Positions 53,637 through 64,000 of a stretch of DNA of 64,000 nucleotides are shown piece by piece. The stretch is from assembly GCA_965240325.2 (NCBI GenBank), contig OZ251234.1:1488001-1552000 (forward strand), read 5' to 3'. The DNA comes from Rebecca billardiae RCC1528 (Eukaryota; Protista; Haptophyta). A program made the translations under genes and the position numbers. The notes under the pieces are model-generated. The model was not told the origin of the DNA, searched no databases, and was given only the letters and a program-made list of their open reading frames with translations. The first letter of the stretch is position 1, and the number at the start of each line of letters is the position of its first letter.

Positions 53637-55823
53637 ATGGCCCGCGGTGCAGGGCGGAGCGCGCAGCGTGGAGCCCGCACCAGCGGGCCCGAACCACGTT
53701 TCAAAAAGATCTTTGATCAAGAAAAAAGGGACGGGGGGCGATTTTTTGGCCCGCGGTGCAGGGCGGAGCGCGCAGCGTGGAGCCCGCACCAGCGGGCCCG
53801 AACCACGTTTCAAAAAGATCTTTGATCAAGAAAAAAGGGACGGGGGGCGATTTTTAGGGCTGGCGGAGACCGAGTTTCGAGTTTTTGAGATCGCATAGAG
53901 AGGTCTATTAGGCCGAAAATAAGCGCGTCCAGCTGATTCCCTTAAGTAAAGTGCGATCTGGACGTCAGCTGGACGTGACATTAGTGTAACGGTTCGTTAC
54001 GAGCGCGATTTTAAGTATGAGATTGCCGCCAACCGCCAACCGATAACTAAACGGCAAGGCAAGGGCTCGGGAAACTTGATCACTTGTAAATGTGAATAGT
54101 AAAATGCTCTCCCCGAGCGCGCCTGTCGCCTCGCAGGCGCACGGGAAACTTGATCACTTGTAAATGTGAATGGTAAAATGCTCTCCCCGAGCGCGCCTGT
54201 CGCCTCGCAGGCCGCGCGTCTCGCCCTCTCCTCCGTCCTCGCTCCGCTCTCCCCGAGGCTGAGCTCGCGGCCCGCCTGTCACCTCGCAGGCGCGCGCCAC
54301 GGACACATGCGCGACGAGATCGCGGCGGGGGCGGCGAGATCGCGGCGGGGGCGACGGGCAACAACCTGCCCGCGGGCGCGTTCGTCACTCGAGGAGCAGC
54401 GCGCAAGGGCGAGCCGAGTCCGGAGCACGCGAGCTCGTCGCTCGCCGACCGGAGCAGAGCGCGCCGCCCGCCGCCGCCGAGCGAGCGGCGCGGCAGAGCT
54501 GATGAGCCGGATGCGCCCGGAGCTCGCGCGGCTGAAGGGCGAGCTCGAGCACGCGAGCTCGCGCCTCGACGCCGAGCCCGAGCTCCTCCTCAACTCAGTC
54601 GACGGCGGCCCGGAGCAGAGCGCGCCGCTGCGAGCGAGCGGGCAGCGCGGCAGAGCTGATGAGCCGGATGCGCCCGGAGCTCGCGCGGCTGAAGGGCGAG
54701 CTCGAGCACGCGAGCTCGCGCCTCGACGCCGAGCGCGAGCTCCTCCTCAACTCGGTCGACGGCGGCGCGGAGGTGCAGCAGCGTGAGGACGAGCAGGAGC
54801 ATCAGTGAAACGCGCGCCGGTTCCGGGTCGCGCAGCGGCGCCCAGCTGCCTGCCACGCGAGCGGCGGCCACGTGGCGCGAGGAGGCTGCGTGGGGAAATC
54901 GCCGCGCGCGTCGACGCGGCGATCACCGGGCTGCAGGCCTCGGCAATCGACGCGGTGCGCACCCTCGCCGCCAGCCGCGACGACTCCGCCGTCGAGCTGC
55001 AGCAGCTGCGCGCGCAGATGCCAGAAGTGCCGATGGGCGGCGGCGTATCAGCAGGCTGACGTGCACGAGCACGTGACACGCGGAGGCGCTAGGCGCCAAG
55101 CTGGCGAAGTGCGGCGCCGAGCTCGACGAGCTGAGCGACGCGGCAACGGACGCGCTGGGCGCCCGCGCCGCCATCGTCGCGGCGCCCTCCAGCAGCTCGA
55201 GCAGCTGTGGATAGTTGGCCGTCGAGGCGACCGCGGGTGTGACTCACAGTGTGAGTGAGCCGGCGCGCGGCTCAGCCTGCCGCTGGCAGCCGCCGTCTTC
55301 GAGGCCGACGCGGCGGAGGATGCGGCGGGCGAGCACGGCGGCGCGGTGGAGCAGGCGCGCACGCGCGGCGGCAGGCGCGACGCGCCGCTCGCCTCGTTCC
55401 ACCGCCCCGAGCTCCGCTCGGTCGGTCTCGGTGCGAGGCTGCGCAGCCGGCAGGCCGGGGCCAGCAGTGGCGCGCGCTCTCGCTCTGCCGGCACGAGCGA
55501 CCAGCGGCCCGTCGTCGAGCGCATGGCGCAGGGCGAGTACCTCAAGCAGGTGCGCCCGCTCGCGCGCACGCGCCGGCTCGCGCCGCGCCAGCGCCTCTCG
55601 CCCTGCCTGCGCGCGCGCGCCGGCCGCTAGTCCCCGCGGCGGCCCGCGGACCCGCGGCGACAGTCCTCGGCCCGCCGGCCCGGTGGGCGGCAGTGACTGA
55701 GTTGGCGGTGGCAGCTCAGGCGAACTGTTACACATGTCAGACTGAGACAGCAGCCGACGGAGGGTGCGCCGCGGGCCCCGAACTACGTTCGTTCTACGGA
55801 AAAAGACCGCGGAACGCGGTCAT
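53637..55823 (+). mobile_element. Non-autonomous Helitron2/Helentron-like element, copy E, with a tandem-duplicated 5' end
   Basis: Same termini. The first 109 bp are duplicated (53638 and 53747). Internal direct repeats of 74 bp (54068/54142) and ~160 bp (54449/54610). The 5' module is shared with A and the body with D. Confidence 0.85.
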
Positions 55824-56244
55824 TCTCCTTATTAATACATTACTACTACCGCAGATCTCCTTATAGTTATTATAATAATATTGTCCTTATTATATATACA
55901 GTCACCGTAGACCAGTGACAGATAAGCTAGAGTTGGTCTGGCCCGGTCTTGATCCTCTGCAGCACTGTCGACTGTGCCGGCCGTGCGGAAGCTAGCCGCT
56001 AGGCCTGCGGACTAGACTGATCAGATCCTATACTAAGTCTAAGGGACCGGCGACGCAGTCAGTGCCGGGGGGCAGCAGTAAGTATATAGCTGGTGAATCG
56101 TTCCGAGGATAAGTACTATATAGCTACATATATATAGTGTCCGGTCGTCATCAGCTTATTATATGTTCCGACACTGATTATATATATATATGTAATATTC
56201 GTCATCAATTTCATCAGATATTGGCAGCGGGCGCGCCGGTCATA

Positions 56245-57834
56245 ATGGCCCGCGGTGCAGGGCGGAGCGCGCAGCGTGGAGCCCGCACCAGCGGGCCCGA
56301 ACCACGTTTCAAAAAGATCTTTGATCAAAGAAAAAAGGGACGGGCCACGGGGGACGATTTTAGGGCTGGAGGAGACCGAGTTTCGAATTTTGAGACTCCC
56401 TTACAGGTGCATCCTCGTCGAAAAAGGACGCGTCCGCCGTCTTGAATAGTGAACAGAGGAATCAACGAAACCCACGCCCAAGTGTGCGAGGCAGGGTAAT
56501 TGTGGGTAGACTCTCCTTAATGTAGTGTGACCATAGTAAAATAATATGGCCTCGCCGCTGCAAGATGCCAAGAACGACCGTTGACATAATCGTCCAACCA
56601 ACTTCAATAGTGCGAGACATTGAAAATACCCGCCGCAGCTATCCGTATAGTCGGAGCCGGAGGGGGCGCGGCGCGCGCGGCGTGTTAGTTAGCGGCCCGC
56701 GTTTGTACGCCGCGGCTGCGGCGCCAGGAGCTCCGAGGAGGCGAGCCACGAGCGACCGACGGGTGAGGACGGCGATGGGCAGGTGCGCGCGGCGAGTGGC
56801 GCCTGGAGCGCGCGGCTGCGGCGGGTCCCGACTGCCGTCGACATCGCGTTCGTGCCCCCGCTCACTCCGCGCGCCCCCGCCGCCCCGTGTCGATGCCTGC
56901 GCGCGGCCGCGCGCCCGGTCGCCGCGGGGCGCCCCGGCCGCGCCGCGGCAGCCGCCCTGTATTCGGGCTCTCGCAAGCTCGGGGGCAGCGGCGCCTGATG
57001 CCGGACTGATCGATCTCTGAGTCTTCGACTTCACCACGCGCCGCCCTTGCCATGCCTTTCCGGGGAGCGCCGACGATCCGAGTCCATCGTCGACGGTCGA
57101 CTCTGAGCGAGGGCTACGCCTCGGAACTGAACGGTACTCTACGAGGAGGACGAGCTGCGCGGGCGACGGTGGTGCGTGACGTCCCCAGAGCTGGCTGTGC
57201 CTCTGCAACGCGTGCCGAGCCTGATCGAGGTGTGTCAGCCCGTGCACGCGCGGCGTGCGCGAACGATCCGTGACTGGTGCCCGCTCGCACATCCGACCTC
57301 GGCACCGTGCTCCCTCGGGCTGTCAGCTCCGCGTGGCCTGGCGTGCACGTAGAGTTGCGCTCATGCGTCGATCACGCCTCGCGCCCGCCTGTCGGCCGTC
57401 GCGCAGGCGCTGGTCGAACCCTACTCGGACCAGTGCAAATCATCTACTATCCCGTGGCGCTGCCGGTGCGCGGTGACCCGCGGGACAGACAGCGCCACAG
57501 CGGTCAGTCAGCAGCAGCGGCCCGAACGAATCCGCGGCCCCGCACCGTGCTCCCTGGCTGTCAGCTTCGCGTGGCCTGGCGTGCACGTGGAGTCGCGCTC
57601 ATGCGTCGATCACGCCTCGTCGCATCCGCCTGTACATAATCGGCGCCGCGCCGGCGGCTGCGAAGTGCGATGGGCCCGCGCCCGGCGCGGCGGGCGGCGG
57701 CGCGCCGCTGGAGTCTAGTTGTACGGGCATGCAACTCCGGGTCTGTCAATAGACGACTGCGATGGAGGGTGCACCGCCACCGCGGGCCCTGAACTACGTT
57801 CGTTCTACGGAAAAGGACCGCGGAACGCGGTCAT
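56245..57834 (+). mobile_element. Non-autonomous Helitron2/Helentron-like element, copy F
   Basis: Same termini. The 5' module is shared with B and the body with C/A. A short (AT)n follows. Confidence 0.85.
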
Positions 57835-58397
57835 TCTATTATTCATATATATATATATATAAAGACTGGCCGCGGCAGAGAGCCTCCGGATGGAGGCCGT
57901 TTTGAACGCGCTCGCGCCCGCCCGCGCGGCGAGGTGAGCCGTGCAGGGTTGTTCGGCGCTGCATGCGGGCACCTCGCGAGGGCGTCAAGGACAAGGTAGA
58001 CCGCGCCCAAGCGGCTGTCGCCCCATGGAACGGCCTAGTCTGCGCCGTGCGAGGCCGCGGCGCGCGCGTGGTACATGACCTCCTGTCTGAGTGTCTGCTG
58101 TGACGGCCGAAGGCGGAAGGTCCGAGTGGTCAGCCCCCAGTGCGTTTCGCCAGCGGCGCACGCCAGCCAGACGAGCGCCTGACGCACGTGACGCTGACGG
58201 GCTGGCCGCCAGCGGCCCCGCCCCCCGGCGCGGGCCCGCGTTTATTCCGCAATAATATAATTTTAAATATATGCGCGCGAAAATATTAATAATGTTTTTG
58301 CCGCACGTCGATTTCACGGTAGGCGCGACCACTCGGACCTGGCGCAGTCAGGAACAAGCTATCAGAGAGCCGCCGAAGCGGCCAGTCTTTATGGCGG

Positions 58398-60830
58398 TCA
58401 TCCCCATGCGCCATACATGCCATCTGCGCCGCCGCCCGTGAGACCAGCTTGATGGTCACCGCATGCGCCCGGGCTACGCCCTCGCTGTGGGCCGGCGCCC
58501 GTGCCAACGTCGCCATCATCCAACGCTGCGCGCGGGAGCGGCGCCGCGGGCGATGCAGCGTGCGAGCCCCCCGCCCGTCGTGCCGTCGTCGCAGACGTGC
58601 TGCCGCCGTCGCCAGCGCGGCGCTGGCGCAGCCCATCCCGCGGGGCCCCGCCCTCTGCCGCGGCCGAGCGCGCGGCGAGCTCGGTTGCAGCTGCCAGGAT
58701 ATCCTCCAGCGCACCGCACGCGCCCACCCCACCCTCTGCGCCCCCCGCCGCGTCCTGCGGCCTCGCGCCGCCGTGCGCGCTCGCCGTGCGCCGGCCGACG
58801 CGCGCGAGTGCGATCAGCTCGTAAGGCGAGGCCCGACCGCACTCGAAGGCGACGAGCACCTCGGCAGCCTCGGCTGCCGCCGCAGCCCCGTGAGTGGCTG
58901 CCCCGGGCTCAGCGCCAGCGCTCTGGGCGCCGTGCGGCGGAGCGGCCGGCTGCATGCTGCTATAAGCGGCCGGGCCCGCGTGCAGCAGCGCGTGCGTGCG
59001 CAGCGCGCCCTCGCCCTCGCCCTCGCCCTCCGTCTCGACTGCTCGCGCCGAGCCAACTGACGGCCAGCTCGCGCCGCCGTCAGTGCTCCACCGCACGGTC
59101 AGCCGCGCGCGCGCGCCCGAGGCCGGGTTGCAGAACGCCACGACGGCGGCCCGGGCGCGCGGGGCGTCCTCCGCGCTGCCCAGTGCCGGGCTGTGGAGCG
59201 GCCACGAGGCGAGCGATGCGTGGCAGCCATGCATCTCCGGCTCTCGAAGCTCCGGCCGCTGCCGGCAGCCGTGCCACGACGCGCCGCCGTCGGCGGAGAG
59301 CGCCTGCCAGCGGCGGCACGCGCCCGACATGTCGCGCGCGCTCAGCAGCACGCCCCCACCGCCCACGTGCGCGAGCGCGCACTCGTTGGTCCAGGGGGGC
59401 AGCGTGCTCACGATGGTACAGCGCACGCGCACGCCGCCGACGCGCACCCACGGGTATGGGCGCGGCGCGTGAGCGTCAGACTGCGAGCGCGCCTCAGCGC
59501 CTGCCTCGCCCTCGTCGGCGCACGGCGGCTCGCCCGCCGGCGCGGCCTCGATGCGCAGCACGTGTGCCCGCCGCCGCACGAAGCCCCCGCCCGTGCGCTC
59601 CGCGCCGCCCGCCTCCGCCTCGCCCGCCGCCGCCACTTCGCACAGCTGAGCGTGGTTGCACGGCACAAGCATCTCGGCAGCGCGCAGCGACAGCGCGCCG
59701 CCCGGGCCGGTGGCGCACCATGTCCAGCCGGCGCGCTTCGCCCCGGCGGCGCTGAGCTCGGCCGGCGCGCTCCACGAGCGCCCGCAGTCCGCGGACACGG
59801 TCACGAACACCCGCCGCGTGTCCTGCGCCACGCCCGAGAGAATGGCCGCCTCCGAGTCGCCCGCGCGGTTCGCGGTGAGCAGCAGTAGCACGTGTCCCGT
59901 GTGCGCGTCGAACGCGCCGCTCGGGTTGCCCACGGTCCACTCGGCATCCGTGCCGCCCAGCCCCAGGTCGGCGCCGCCGAGCACGCGCGTGCGCGGCCCC
60001 CACGTCCGGCCGTCGTCCGCCGACGCTCGACAGCACACGCTGATCTCGCCCCAGTCCCGGACCGAGCGCCGAGCTTCAGCGAACGCTAGCAACACGCCCG
60101 GACCGGGTGCGCCGGGGTCGTGCGCGCGGATGAGGACCGGGATGCGGTACACGACGCCCTCGGGCTCGCCCGCGCGGAAGAGGACGCCTGCCTCCACCGC
60201 ATCGCCACCCTCGGCGCCGGCGGCCGCGGCCGCGCCCCGTGCCTCCCTGCCGCGCGGCGCGGAGGCACCGCCGCCGATGCCGCCCCGGCGGCGCGCGCGC
60301 GCGATCAGGGCGAGCGTTGGGATGGCGAGCGCGATGAGGGATGCGAGCATGCGCGGCGCGATGGCGCCGACGAGCAGCAGCTGCGGCACCGTGATGAGCA
60401 CGACCACCGCGCGCCGCGTCATGGCCTGCGACCACGCGCAGCGCGCGCACCGACACTTGAACCACAAGCCTCGCACGAGCAGCGCGCCCTCCGCGTAGTC
60501 GATGGTGAGCTCGTCGCCCGCGCGGATGGGCTCGAGCGTGACCAGCTCGACCGCCCGCTCCGAGACGCGCTCGACGCGGCAGTTGGGCTCGCACGCGTGG
60601 TTGACGCAGTAGAGCTCGGACGCGCGGATGTCGAAGCCAATGGTGCGCGCGGGAGCGCCCGCGCTGCGCTCGACAAACCACAGGGCCGAGCCCGGTGGCA
60701 GCTCCTGCGCGCGCGCCGCGGCGATGCGCGGGGGCTCGAACGTCCGCACGATCGCCTCGGCGTCCAGGTCGGCCGTCGCGAAGCCGCCCAGCTGCCCATT
60801 GCCGAGCAGCGACGAGCGGCCGACCTCCAT
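58398..60830 (-). CDS. SET domain - transmembrane hairpin - GH33 sialidase fusion protein (~810 aa)
   Basis: SET motifs G.GGFA, VNHACEPNC, GDELTIDY and post-SET CRCARC. Two hydrophobic segments follow. The sialidase part has YRIP, AFAEAR, four Asp-boxes (SADDGRTW, SADCGRSW, SADGGASW, STDGGASW), NEC, LSAR, AAYSS and FECG. Confidence 0.85.
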   Translation of the reverse strand: MEVGRSSLLGNGQLGGFATADLDAEAIVRTFEPPRIAAARAQELPPGSALWFVERSAGAPARTIGFDIRASELYCVNHACEPNCRVERVSERAVELVTLEPIRAGDELTIDYAEGALLVRGLWFKCRCARCAWSQAMTRRAVVVLITVPQLLLVGAIAPRMLASLIALAIPTLALIARARRRGGIGGGASAPRGREARGAAAAAGAEGGDAVEAGVLFRAGEPEGVVYRIPVLIRAHDPGAPGPGVLLAFAEARRSVRDWGEISVCCRASADDGRTWGPRTRVLGGADLGLGGTDAEWTVGNPSGAFDAHTGHVLLLLTANRAGDSEAAILSGVAQDTRRVFVTVSADCGRSWSAPAELSAAGAKRAGWTWCATGPGGALSLRAAEMLVPCNHAQLCEVAAAGEAEAGGAERTGGGFVRRRAHVLRIEAAPAGEPPCADEGEAGAEARSQSDAHAPRPYPWVRVGGVRVRCTIVSTLPPWTNECALAHVGGGGVLLSARDMSGACRRWQALSADGGASWHGCRQRPELREPEMHGCHASLASWPLHSPALGSAEDAPRARAAVVAFCNPASGARARLTVRWSTDGGASWPSVGSARAVETEGEGEGEGALRTHALLHAGPAAYSSMQPAAPPHGAQSAGAEPGAATHGAAAAAEAAEVLVAFECGRASPYELIALARVGRRTASAHGGARPQDAAGGAEGGVGACGALEDILAAATELAARSAAAEGGAPRDGLRQRRAGDGGSTSATTARRAGGSHAASPAAPLPRAALDDGDVGTGAGPQRGRSPGACGDHQAGLTGGGADGMYGAWG

Positions 60831-61099
60831 CGCAGGCACGCCTTCGCCGCGCTTGGGCCTTGGCCGGCCGATGCCAGTGGTCCGGTCCGGGGCACAGTCT
60901 GGCCGCCTGACGCCTCCGACTCCGAGGGCGCTGGCGGCTCTCGCCTCTGATGACGTGGCCGTCGTACGGTCGTGATCGCGCCTGATCGCGGTATATCGTC
61001 CGTTGCAGTGGGACCATAGTATCCCACGCCTTGGCTTTGCAGCCTCAGGCGGCACCTCGCCGCGCGTGCGACGCGCCGTGCGGTGCTGACGGCCGCGGC

Positions 61100-62050
61100 T
61101 CACGCGCCGCTGGCTGCAGCGGCCAGCTCCTCCGCCCACGCCAGGCCCTCCCCGTCTACGGCGCGCAAGCAGCCCGCGGGCAGCTCGCTCTCGTCGAGCC
61201 GCACCGCGCCGAAGCGCGCGCGATGCAGCGCGAGCACGGGGTGCCCAGCGTTCGCGAGCATGCGCCGCACCATGCGATGCTTCCCCTCTCGCACGATCAG
61301 CCGTAGCGTCGCGACCGGAGCAGGCGCGCTGTCGGCTGTGTTCGCCGCGCCTGGCGCACGGCCGAGTGCGGCGGTCTCCTCGACCGCCTCGAGGCTCGCC
61401 GCGTCGGGCGCGCTCGCCTCGAGCAGCTCGGCCGTGTGCCTCCCCTCCGTCGTCGCGACGCCCGCGCGCAGCTGCGCGCGCAGCGCCTCGCCGCCATCGT
61501 CGAGCACGTGCACGTCGCCGCCGACCGTGGCCAGGTACTCCTTCTCGACCGCGTGCCGGGGGTGCAGCAGCCGCTGCGTGAGCTGCCCGTCGCGGGAGAA
61601 GAGGAGGAGGCCGCTGGTGTCCGCGTCGAGCCGGCCGACGGGGTGCAGCAGCGCGCTCCACGACGGCGGCGCCTCGCCGAGCGCCTCCGACAGGTCGTCG
61701 CGCCCCCAGCTGTCCGACATCGTCGAATGCACGCCCACGGGCTTGTGGTACTCGACCAGCAGCGGCGGCGGGGAGAGGTCGAGCGGCTCGCCGTCGACGA
61801 GCGTCGAAGCGAGCTCGAGGGCGGAGAAGCGCTTGCCGCCGTCCACGATCGGCTCGCCGCCGACGGTGACCCGCCGCTGCTTGAGCAGCCGCGTCGTGTC
61901 CTTGCGCGAGAGGCCGGTGGCGCGCGAGACGAGCCGGTCGATGCGGTCGGCGCCCTTGGCGGAGGAGGCGAGGCACGCGCGCGCACCCGACTGCGCGAGG
62001 GCGAACGCGAGCCACACGCCCCGCGCGCGCAGCCGCAAACCGCCTTCCAT
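61100..62050 (-). CDS. RsuA/RluB/E/F-family pseudouridine synthase with S4 domain, probably organelle-targeted (316 aa)
   Basis: S4-like RIDRLVSRATGLSRK...RVTVGG; YHKPVGV; catalytic GRLDADTSGLLLFSRDG; EKEY; EGKHRMVRRM...GHPVLALHRARFG; N-terminal extension. Confidence 0.93.
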   Translation of the reverse strand: MEGGLRLRARGVWLAFALAQSGARACLASSAKGADRIDRLVSRATGLSRKDTTRLLKQRRVTVGGEPIVDGGKRFSALELASTLVDGEPLDLSPPPLLVEYHKPVGVHSTMSDSWGRDDLSEALGEAPPSWSALLHPVGRLDADTSGLLLFSRDGQLTQRLLHPRHAVEKEYLATVGGDVHVLDDGGEALRAQLRAGVATTEGRHTAELLEASAPDAASLEAVEETAALGRAPGAANTADSAPAPVATLRLIVREGKHRMVRRMLANAGHPVLALHRARFGAVRLDESELPAGCLRAVDGEGLAWAEELAAAASGA

Positions 62051-62128
62051 CGCGGCGAGGCGCGCAGATCGGAGCCGCGAGCTGAGCGAACGGCGATTCG
62101 GCGATGGCGGACCCGCGGCCGGGTGTTC

Positions 62129-63067
62129 ATGCGCGGAATCTCGGATCTCGACGTGGGAATGGCGCGCTCCAAGCTGCACACAGCGTACGACCTCCTCGGC
62201 GTGCGCGAGGGCGCGAGCGACGACGAGCTCAAGTCGGCGTACCGCTCGCTGGCCAAGCGGCTACACCCGGATGTGTACGTGCACGACGGCCTGGAGGAGG
62301 ACCATCCATGGCTCCCCGTCTCACGCGCGTACGCGCTGCTCACGGACGAGCGCCGCCGGTTTGTGTACGACCAGATGGTGCTGGAGGCGCGTGTGATGCG
62401 GCTGGCTGACCCCGAGCGCTTCGAGCGCTGGTTCGAGGGGCACGTCAACGTTGACTACGAGCGCGGCATCGTGTACCGCGGCAGCGACGTCCTGCACAGG
62501 ATGGGCGAGGGCGAGCGGTTCGTCATCCGTCACCGGCACGCGCTCGGCTGGGCGCTCACAGGCGCGCTCGTCGGCGGCTTCGCCGCGCGCACGGCATGGG
62601 GCTGGCGGCCAGCGCCGGCGGTCGATGACGCCGCCGCCACCGAGGCGCGCGAGGACCCCGCGCGTGTGCGCCGCGAGCGCACCGCCTTCATCGGCGGCCT
62701 GCTGAGCGGCACAGGCGCGGCCACTGGCTGGGCGCTCTACCTGCCGCCCGCGAGATCGTGGCGGGGCGGGGCGCTGGTGGGCGGCTCGTCGGTGCTCGCC
62801 GCGGCGGCGGGGCACCTGAGTCTCCGCCCGCTATTCGTCGCCGCCGCGGGGCACGAGCCTCGCCAAGCGGATGAGCCCCTCGTTGTGAGCGCGCACGCAA
62901 ACAGTCGGCGCACGCACCAGGCAGCGGGCGTGGCGCTCGGCGCGCTGCACGGCCTTCTCGGCGCGCGCCCGCTGGCGCTCGGGTACGGGCGCGTGGCGGC
63001 GTGCGCGGCGATGGGCTGGCTATCCGGCTCCCTGGCGGACAGCCTGCTCGCGCGGCTGCCCGTCTAG
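62129..63067 (+). CDS. DnaJ (J-domain) protein with C-terminal Gly-rich hydrophobic segments (312 aa)
   Basis: YDLLGV..GASDDELKSAYRSLAKRLHPD...RAYALLTDERRRFVYD. Confidence 0.88.
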   Translation: MRGISDLDVGMARSKLHTAYDLLGVREGASDDELKSAYRSLAKRLHPDVYVHDGLEEDHPWLPVSRAYALLTDERRRFVYDQMVLEARVMRLADPERFERWFEGHVNVDYERGIVYRGSDVLHRMGEGERFVIRHRHALGWALTGALVGGFAARTAWGWRPAPAVDDAAATEAREDPARVRRERTAFIGGLLSGTGAATGWALYLPPARSWRGGALVGGSSVLAAAAGHLSLRPLFVAAAGHEPRQADEPLVVSAHANSRRTHQAAGVALGALHGLLGARPLALGYGRVAACAAMGWLSGSLADSLLARLPV

Positions 63068-63074
63068 CGCCAGC

Positions 63075-63128
63075 GGCGATGACTGTTACTCGACACAAGT
63101 AGGCGATGACTGTTACTCGACACAAGTA
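63075..63128. repeat. 27-bp perfect tandem duplication in the DnaJ 3' flank
   Basis: GGCGATGACTGTTACTCGACACAAGTA x2. Confidence 0.95.
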
Positions 63129-63446
63129 GCCAATGCTGTAGCAGCAGGCGCGTGCGCGACGCCGCGTCGGGGCCGCGTGCCAGTAGTTACTACGTATCTC
63201 GCCTGCCTGGGCTGTCGTGTGGGTCTCTTATTCTGCTTAGCTGAGTTAGCAATAATTTAATAATTATAAGCTGTCTAGGACTAGGAGTGTTGACGACATC
63301 CAGGTGCAGCACCCTCACGTCCGGCTCCCCGTGTGGTGTCAGAGCGCGCTCCCGAGCGCGTGCCTCCGAGCGCGGGGCGGCCGCTTGCTGCAACTTTGGC
63401 CGCCTCGATGAGGTGCGGCAACGCGCCCCTCACCTGCCTGCGCCGG

Positions 63447-63535
63447 TCTGTTTTGTGGCGGTGTCTTTGTGCAGTGTTGGATGGCGTTAATCACGCCTTA
63501 ACCAAGTGTGCACCGTTAAAACATAGTAAACTGTA
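63447..63535 (+). repeat. Dispersed repeat; reverse complement of 49401-49488
   Basis: TCTGTTTTGTGGCGGTGTCTTTGTGCAGTGTTGGATGGCG...CATAGTAAACTGTA matches with about 2 differences. Confidence 0.9.
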
Positions 63536-64000
63536 ATACTGCTACTCCCGACTCCGTCACTTCCGTGAGTAGTACAGCAGTATTCACCGCTCCTAAGAGC
63601 CACCGATCAGTCTGATGAGGCGGCAAGGGCGGGCGCCTATTGTAGTCAAGATTCTGACCGCGTTACACTAAAAATATTATAAAACGTCGTGCTCTTCCTC
63701 AGGGCGGCATGGGGCATGACAACCGCAACCGGGGCAGGTGTCAGAATCAGCAAGCAGTAGATAGCAGCAGATCGGGCAGCAGGGACAAACACCAGGACCA
63801 GCGCTCTTCGCCGTCGTGCCCCCGGCCCCTGGCCCTCGTAGTCGCAGGCTATCACTCCATCGCCGGGCGGATAAGCCCGCGTCGTCACTCGTCAGCACCG
63901 TCTGTCACAGTCAGTGTCAATCGGTCACGACGTGCGCGCGCCACCGCGGTGGTTGCGGTGCCAAGCGTCGTCAGCCATCGCCTCGGAGTAGTCGTCATGC

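Noticed and set aside
56231-56243. GCGCGCCGGTCAT just upstream of copy F as an additional 3' end
   Set aside because: Only CGGTCAT matches; the left stem arm and the AACTACGTT motif are absent.
60831-62015. N-terminal ~395-aa extension of the 1,205-aa ORF
   Set aside because: Arg/Ala-rich off-frame reading of the pseudouridine synthase gene; the SET protein plausibly starts at 60830.
63280-63445. tRNA-derived SINE head
   Set aside because: No convincing A/B boxes or cloverleaf.

Overview
Very GC-rich eukaryotic nuclear DNA with short GT-AG spliceosomal introns and ciliary genes. The composition and intron style suggest a flagellated alga such as a Pavlovales haptophyte; this is inference only. 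I find about 12 protein genes: a partial hypothetical protein, a small coiled-coil protein, dynein light chain LC8, an ELM2-SANT-PHD chromatin protein, a giant (~8,090 aa, apparently intronless) LamG/extensin-like (SPPP)n/Cys-repeat membrane protein, a hypothetical protein, a plastid-type membrane protein, an ependymin-like protein, Tectonic, TMEM138, a SET-sialidase fusion, an RsuA-family pseudouridine synthase and a DnaJ protein. Four of these gene pairs lie head-to-head. The main hidden structure is a family of seven non-autonomous elements (about 15 kb in total) with Helitron2/Helentron-like ends: a 5' terminal hairpin, an asymmetric subterminal inverted repeat, and a 3' 7-bp stem with a GNA triloop. 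All seven have AT at both boundaries, the end structures covary in a divergent copy, the interiors are shuffled modules, and some carry captured gene fragments. Two foldback elements and a short probable retro-copy are nested inside them. I saw no rRNA, tRNA or CRISPR array, and no autonomous transposase.
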